IMG/VR virus record: IMGVR_UViG_3300027668_000020
Span: 1-58,206 of that record
Length of the DNA: 58,206 nt
Origin: a virus
Lineage: Duplodnaviria; Caudoviricetes
Strand: one strand, 5' to 3'
In this document: in pieces, positions 54,066-58,206 of the stretch
Position numbering within the stretch: the stretch's first letter is position 1
Layout of the letters: each line of letters begins with the position of its first letter
Notes under the pieces: model-generated
Told to the model about the DNA's origin: nothing
What the model saw: the letters and a program-made list of their open reading frames with translations, nothing else
Databases searched by the model: none
Translations under genes and position numbers: made by a program

Positions 54066-54260
54066 ATGAAAGGTGTAAAACACTATAAAAGAGACGGTAC
54101 TGAGCACAAGGGTTCTAGTCACAAGATGGCTGATGGCACTCTGCATACTAACAAGTCTCACACTAAAACCAGTGTAAAGTTATTTCATATGAATGAGCTT
54201 TCTGCCAAGGCTAAAGTTAAAGCTAAGGTAAAGCCCGTTAAGAAAAAATTAGGTAAGTAA
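54066..54260 (+). CDS. Lys/His-rich small protein
   Basis: HY.RDGT.H.G..HKM.DG.LH...H. Confidence 0.65.
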   Translation: MKGVKHYKRDGTEHKGSSHKMADGTLHTNKSHTKTSVKLFHMNELSAKAKVKAKVKPVKKKLGK

Positions 54261-54261
54261 T

Positions 54262-54951
54262 ATGGCTACATCAGGTACTGCTTCATTTAATATGGACTTC
54301 ACGGAGATTGCTGAAGAAGCATTTGAACGTGCGGGCCGTGAGATGCGTTCTGGATATGACCTGCGTACTGCGCGACGTTCTATGAACCTACTCACTATAG
54401 AATGGCAGAACCGTGGAATTAACATGTGGACTATAGAGGAGGGCACACTGGCGCTAGTAGCAGGGCAGACTACTCCTTATGACTTACCCGCAGATACTAT
54501 AGACTTGTTAGAGCATCAAATACGTACAGGAAATGGCAACGCGGCTACTCAGTCTGACCTTACCATAAGTCGTATTAGCGTAAGTACTTACGCGGCTATT
54601 CCTAACAAGTTATCACAAGGTAGACCAATACAGCTATATATTGAGCGTCTTCGTGATGCCCCTAAAGTAAACGTGTGGCCTATACCAGACAACAACAACT
54701 ATATATTGTACTACTGGCGTATGCGTAGAATAGAAGATGCTGGCAGTGGTATAGAGACGGCAGATATGAACTTTAGGTTTTTCCCTTGTCTCGTAGCGGG
54801 ATTAGCGTATTACATAGCGTTAAAACTCCCTGACATGGTTGATAGGGTACCTATGTTAAAGGCGGTATACGACGAGCAGTTTGAACTGGCCGCAGGAGAA
54901 GATAGAGAAAAGACTTCCGCTAGGTTCGTGCCTCGTATAGGGTACGTGTAA
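54262..54951 (+). CDS. head-tail adaptor / tail tubular protein A-like
   Basis: EEAFER.G, ARRS.NL...EW.NRG, GRP, VWP.PD and GLAYY motifs. Confidence 0.7.
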   Translation: MATSGTASFNMDFTEIAEEAFERAGREMRSGYDLRTARRSMNLLTIEWQNRGINMWTIEEGTLALVAGQTTPYDLPADTIDLLEHQIRTGNGNAATQSDLTISRISVSTYAAIPNKLSQGRPIQLYIERLRDAPKVNVWPIPDNNNYILYYWRMRRIEDAGSGIETADMNFRFFPCLVAGLAYYIALKLPDMVDRVPMLKAVYDEQFELAAGEDREKTSARFVPRIGYV

Positions 54952-54953
54952 AC

Positions 54954-55319
54954 ATGGGCAGTCCGTTTGCTTCAGGCAAAAAAGCTATAGCCTTCTGCGA
55001 CGTGTGTGGGTTTCAGTATAAACTGCGAGAACTAAAAGCCCTGATCAGGAAAGGAAATAATACTAACATAAAGGCGTGCCCCGAATGTTGGAATGGAGAC
55101 CACCCGCAGTTGCGGCTAGGAGAGTTCCCTGTAAATGATCCCCAAGCGTTGCGTGATCCTCGTACAGACCAAAGTCTAGGCGAGTCAGGTGATACCAGTA
55201 GTCGGGGTATACAGTGGGGTTGGAGTCCTGTAGGGGGAGGGTTAGACATTTTTGGATTAACTCCCAACGTATTATTAATAAATGGTAATATAGGGCAAGT
55301 AACAATAACTATTTTATAG
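54954..55319 (+). CDS. zinc-ribbon protein
   Basis: CDVCG...CPECW..DHPQ, DPQAL.DPR. Confidence 0.7.
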   Translation: MGSPFASGKKAIAFCDVCGFQYKLRELKALIRKGNNTNIKACPECWNGDHPQLRLGEFPVNDPQALRDPRTDQSLGESGDTSSRGIQWGWSPVGGGLDIFGLTPNVLLINGNIGQVTITIL

Positions 55320-55329
55320 GAGCATTAAC

Positions 55330-55512
55330 ATGCTTAAAGGCAAGCAGTACAAAATGGACAAGAATAAAGACGGTAAGATTTCTGGTGCTGACTTTAAAAA
55401 GATGAATAAAGGTGGTATGGCTAAGATGGGCTACGCAAAGGGTGGTAAAGTAAAAGTACGTGGTACTGGCGCTGCTACTAAAGGCTTGTACGCACGCGGC
55501 CCAATGGCGTAA
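55330..55512 (+). CDS. 60-aa basic protein with an EF-hand-like loop and GG tags
   Basis: MDKNKDGKISGADF, MNKGG, YAKGG, VRGTGAATKG. Confidence 0.7.
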   Translation: MLKGKQYKMDKNKDGKISGADFKKMNKGGMAKMGYAKGGKVKVRGTGAATKGLYARGPMA

Positions 55513-55515
55513 TCC

Positions 55516-56148
55516 ATGAACTATACTGAACTGAAAACTAATATCGAAGACATCTGTGAAAATTCATTTACAGACGCGCAGCTTGCTATGTTTACGCAAC
55601 AGGCCGAGCAGAAGATATATAGCTCAGTCCAGATACCCGCGCTACGTAAAAACGTAACAGGACGTACTCAAGCGAATAATCAGTACTTAACAGTACCTGT
55701 TACTGATTTTCTGTATACTTACAGTTTGGCAGTAATTGACTCTAATGGGTCATTCACGTACCTAATAAATAAAGATGTTAATTTTATACGTGAGGCGTAC
55801 CCTATTGTTACATCCACAGGATTACCGAAACACTACGCTTATTTTAGCCAGAATAGTTTTTTGTTGGGGCCAACTCCTACTAATATATACGATGTAGAGT
55901 TACATTATGGGTACTATCCTGAATCAATAGTCACTGCTGGTACTACGTGGTTAGGCACCGAGTTTGACTCTGCACTGCTTAATGGCGCATTAATTGAAGC
56001 GATAAGATTTATGAAAGGTGAACCGGATACCATAGCTAACTATGAGAAGATGTATTTGCTGTCTATTACCCTATTAAAGAATCTTGGTGACGGTAAGTTA
56101 CGCGAAGATACATATCGTTCTGGGCAATTCAGAACTACACCTAGCTGA
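55516..56148 (+). CDS. second head-tail adaptor-like protein
   Basis: MNY.EL, AE.KI, G.PK.YA, GPTP and LL.G.L.EA motifs. Confidence 0.65.
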   Translation: MNYTELKTNIEDICENSFTDAQLAMFTQQAEQKIYSSVQIPALRKNVTGRTQANNQYLTVPVTDFLYTYSLAVIDSNGSFTYLINKDVNFIREAYPIVTSTGLPKHYAYFSQNSFLLGPTPTNIYDVELHYGYYPESIVTAGTTWLGTEFDSALLNGALIEAIRFMKGEPDTIANYEKMYLLSITLLKNLGDGKLREDTYRSGQFRTTPS

Positions 56149-56158
56149 GTATATTAAA

Positions 56159-56446
56159 ATGTTTGATTTAGCTGTATCAAGTATAGGCTCTGTAGGAGTC
56201 ACTACTACTAACAATAAAGGGCATGATCCTGAGTTCTGGGCGGATATAGCTACCCAACAAATAGTATCTGTAGGTGGAGAATGTCACCCTGTAATAAAAG
56301 AACAGGCTGAAGCGTTTAAACTACAAGTATTTAATGCAGTAAAATATTATATGGACAAGGCTATTGAAAGCGATAGAACTACGCTTGTGGCATTACTTGA
56401 CCAAAACCAACAGCAAGATATTGCTGATATTATTAGGAGACTATAA
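56159..56446 (+). CDS. hypothetical tail-region protein
   Basis: Likely start MFDLAV; coupled to the next gene. Confidence 0.6.
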   Translation: MFDLAVSSIGSVGVTTTNNKGHDPEFWADIATQQIVSVGGECHPVIKEQAEAFKLQVFNAVKYYMDKAIESDRTTLVALLDQNQQQDIADIIRRL

Positions 56447-56883
56447 TGGCGATAAGTCAGGCAATGTGTACATCGTTTAAGAAAGAACTGTTAGAAGGTA
56501 AACACAACTTTTTAGCATCTGGCGGAGATGTTTTTAAGATAGCTTTATATACCAGTTCTTCTGATATTAGCGCAGCAACCGCTGGGTACACTACTAGTAA
56601 CGAAGTAAGTAGCAATGGTACTAGCTACCCTGCAAAAGGTAAGGCATTAGACAGAGTAAACCCTAGTGCTTCTGGGACTACGGGCATGACTTCTTTTGGC
56701 ACATGTACATTTCCGGGTGTTACGCTTACCGCTAGAGGAGCATTAATATACAACGAAGATACTACAGGAGATACTTCGGTCTGTGTATTAGACTTTGGAG
56801 CGGATAAGACCGCTACTAACGGTAGCTTTACCATTACCTTTCCCGCAGTAGGTGCTAGCACCTCTATTATAAGAATAGCGTAA
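56446..56883 (+). CDS. tail structural protein
   Basis: SFK.ELL.G.H, FKIALY, ARGALIYN and VLDFG motifs. Confidence 0.7.
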   Translation: MAISQAMCTSFKKELLEGKHNFLASGGDVFKIALYTSSSDISAATAGYTTSNEVSSNGTSYPAKGKALDRVNPSASGTTGMTSFGTCTFPGVTLTARGALIYNEDTTGDTSVCVLDFGADKTATNGSFTITFPAVGASTSIIRIA

Positions 56884-57191
56884 TGTCCGATCCGGTCACA
56901 GGTTGGGGACGAGGTACATGGGGCGCAGGTACATGGAGTTCAGTTACTCCCATACCCGTCACAGGAGTAGCAGGCACCAGTGCGGTAGGTAATGTAACTG
57001 TACTACCCGTATGCGCTGTATCCGTAACAGGAGTTTCTGCTTCAGGTGCGATAGGTAATGTACTAGCTGGTACATCAGCAAACGTTATTTTAACGGGTGT
57101 TTCAGCTACAGGCGAGATAGGAACAACAAACGTATGGGAACTGATAGACACGTCTCAGCCCAACACTAATTGGCAAGTAATAGCCGCGTGA
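56883..57191 (+). CDS. tail protein with GWG motif and VTGVSA.G.IG repeats
   Basis: GWGRGTWGAGTW and three ~21-aa repeats. Confidence 0.65.
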   Translation: MSDPVTGWGRGTWGAGTWSSVTPIPVTGVAGTSAVGNVTVLPVCAVSVTGVSASGAIGNVLAGTSANVILTGVSATGEIGTTNVWELIDTSQPNTNWQVIAA

Positions 57192-57202
57192 GGAAGTAAA
57201 TA

Positions 57203-58206
57203 ATGGCAACTTATGTTAACGATTTAAGACTTAAAGAGATTGGCACTGGCGAATCTTCTGGTACGTGGGGTACGGAAACAAATGTTAACCTAGAGTTAAT
57301 TGGCGATGCTATGGGTTTTGCGACCAAGGCTATTGCTAACGCATCCACTGCTACGCTAACCATGCCTGATGGAACGGCTACAAACGGCGAACTTCGGTCT
57401 CTTTACCTTAAACTTACTGGGGGCGGCCAAGCATGTACGGTAACGCTTGCACCTAATACTGTATCTAAAGTTTGGATTATAGAAAACGGCACTAGTTATA
57501 CTCTTACATTTACCGCAGGTTCTGGAGCTAATGTAGCGGTTCTTGCGGGACAAACAAAAGTTATCTCCTCCAATGGTGGGGGTAGCGGCGCTATTTTATA
57601 CGACGTTATGACTAATTTGGCAGTAGCAGGGGAGCTTAATGCAGCCTCTGCTTCTTTTAGTGGTACTGGTGCAGTTAAACTACCCGTTGGTTCAACAGGC
57701 CAACGTCCTACCGCAGCAGCAGGTCAGTTCCGGTATAACTCTACTACAGGTAAGTTTGAAGGATACACAAATGCGTGGGGAGACATCGGAGGCGGCGAAG
57801 CTGTCTTTAGTCTAAGCACTATGACAGGTGATGGAAGCGACACAACGCTTTCTATGTCTGTAACACCTGCTTCTGAAAACTCAATACAAGTGTACTTTGA
57901 TGGTGTTTACCAGCACAAAGACACATTTAGCTTTAATAACACAACGCTTACTTTTAGCACTGCTCCAGCAGCGGGTGTAAAAGTAGAAGTACTAATCATA
58001 TCTACTGTCCTTGCTTCTACAACTCCGGGCGATGGTACAGTTACAGCCGCTAAATTAGCTAACGACGCTGTAACATCTCCTAAACTAGCTCACGCTCTTG
58101 ATGTTGTAACTTCAGTAAGTGTAGGTGGCGCGAGTAACGGTGTAATCCTAACACAAGGCGATATAGCCCTTAAAAATGGTGGAACTAGGTCAACAGTTAA
58201 GTTCTA
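57203..58206 (+). CDS. tail fibre protein, N-terminal part (3'-truncated; not in ORF track)
   Basis: GAGG RBS; MATYVNDLRLKEIGTGESSGTWG..., LPVGSTGQRP...FRYN...FEGY, DGVYQ, VTAAKLA; open to the window end. Confidence 0.85.
   Translation, partial: MATYVNDLRLKEIGTGESSGTWGTETNVNLELIGDAMGFATKAIANASTATLTMPDGTATNGELRSLYLKLTGGGQACTVTLAPNTVSKVWIIENGTSYTLTFTAGSGANVAVLAGQTKVISSNGGGSGAILYDVMTNLAVAGELNAASASFSGTGAVKLPVGSTGQRPTAAAGQFRYNSTTGKFEGYTNAWGDIGGGEAVFSLSTMTGDGSDTTLSMSVTPASENSIQVYFDGVYQHKDTFSFNNTTLTFSTAPAAGVKVEVLIISTVLASTTPGDGTVTAAKLANDAVTSPKLAHALDVVTSVSVGGASNGVILTQGDIALKNGGTRSTVKF

Overview
Near-complete genome (about 58 kb, mid-40s % GC by eye) of a tailed dsDNA phage with a podovirus-like gene set. 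By recall, the gene content resembles marine vSAG 37-F6 / HTVC023P / CRP-810-like phages; this was not verified by search. The contig starts and ends inside tail-fibre sequence. The + strand carries the virion arm: TerS, TerL, portal, GroES, scaffold, capsid, a cluster of Lys-rich proteins, adaptors and tail (42.1-58.2 kb), continuing into duplicated fibre-tip cassettes, lysis genes and very large ejection-type proteins (0-22.7 kb). The - strand carries the early/replication arm (22.8-41.8 kb): primase-helicase, two SSB-like genes, SNF2 helicase, Cas4-like nuclease, Leu762 PolA, VRR-NUC and a MoxR-type AAA + metallopeptidase/vWA pair. No integrase, tRNA or CRISPR array was recognised. The most notable unexplained structures are: (1) ten copies of a palindrome GTAGGGA-nnn-TCCCTAC confined to the early region, fused to ribosome-binding sites, with a core that occurs in both orientations; (2) an origin-like region with inverted iterons and an IHF site; (3) three candidate structured RNAs, including a GAC-rich double pseudoknot after the capsid gene; (4) a hydrophobic-x-x-GG tag shared by the ejection proteins and the Lys-rich proteins.
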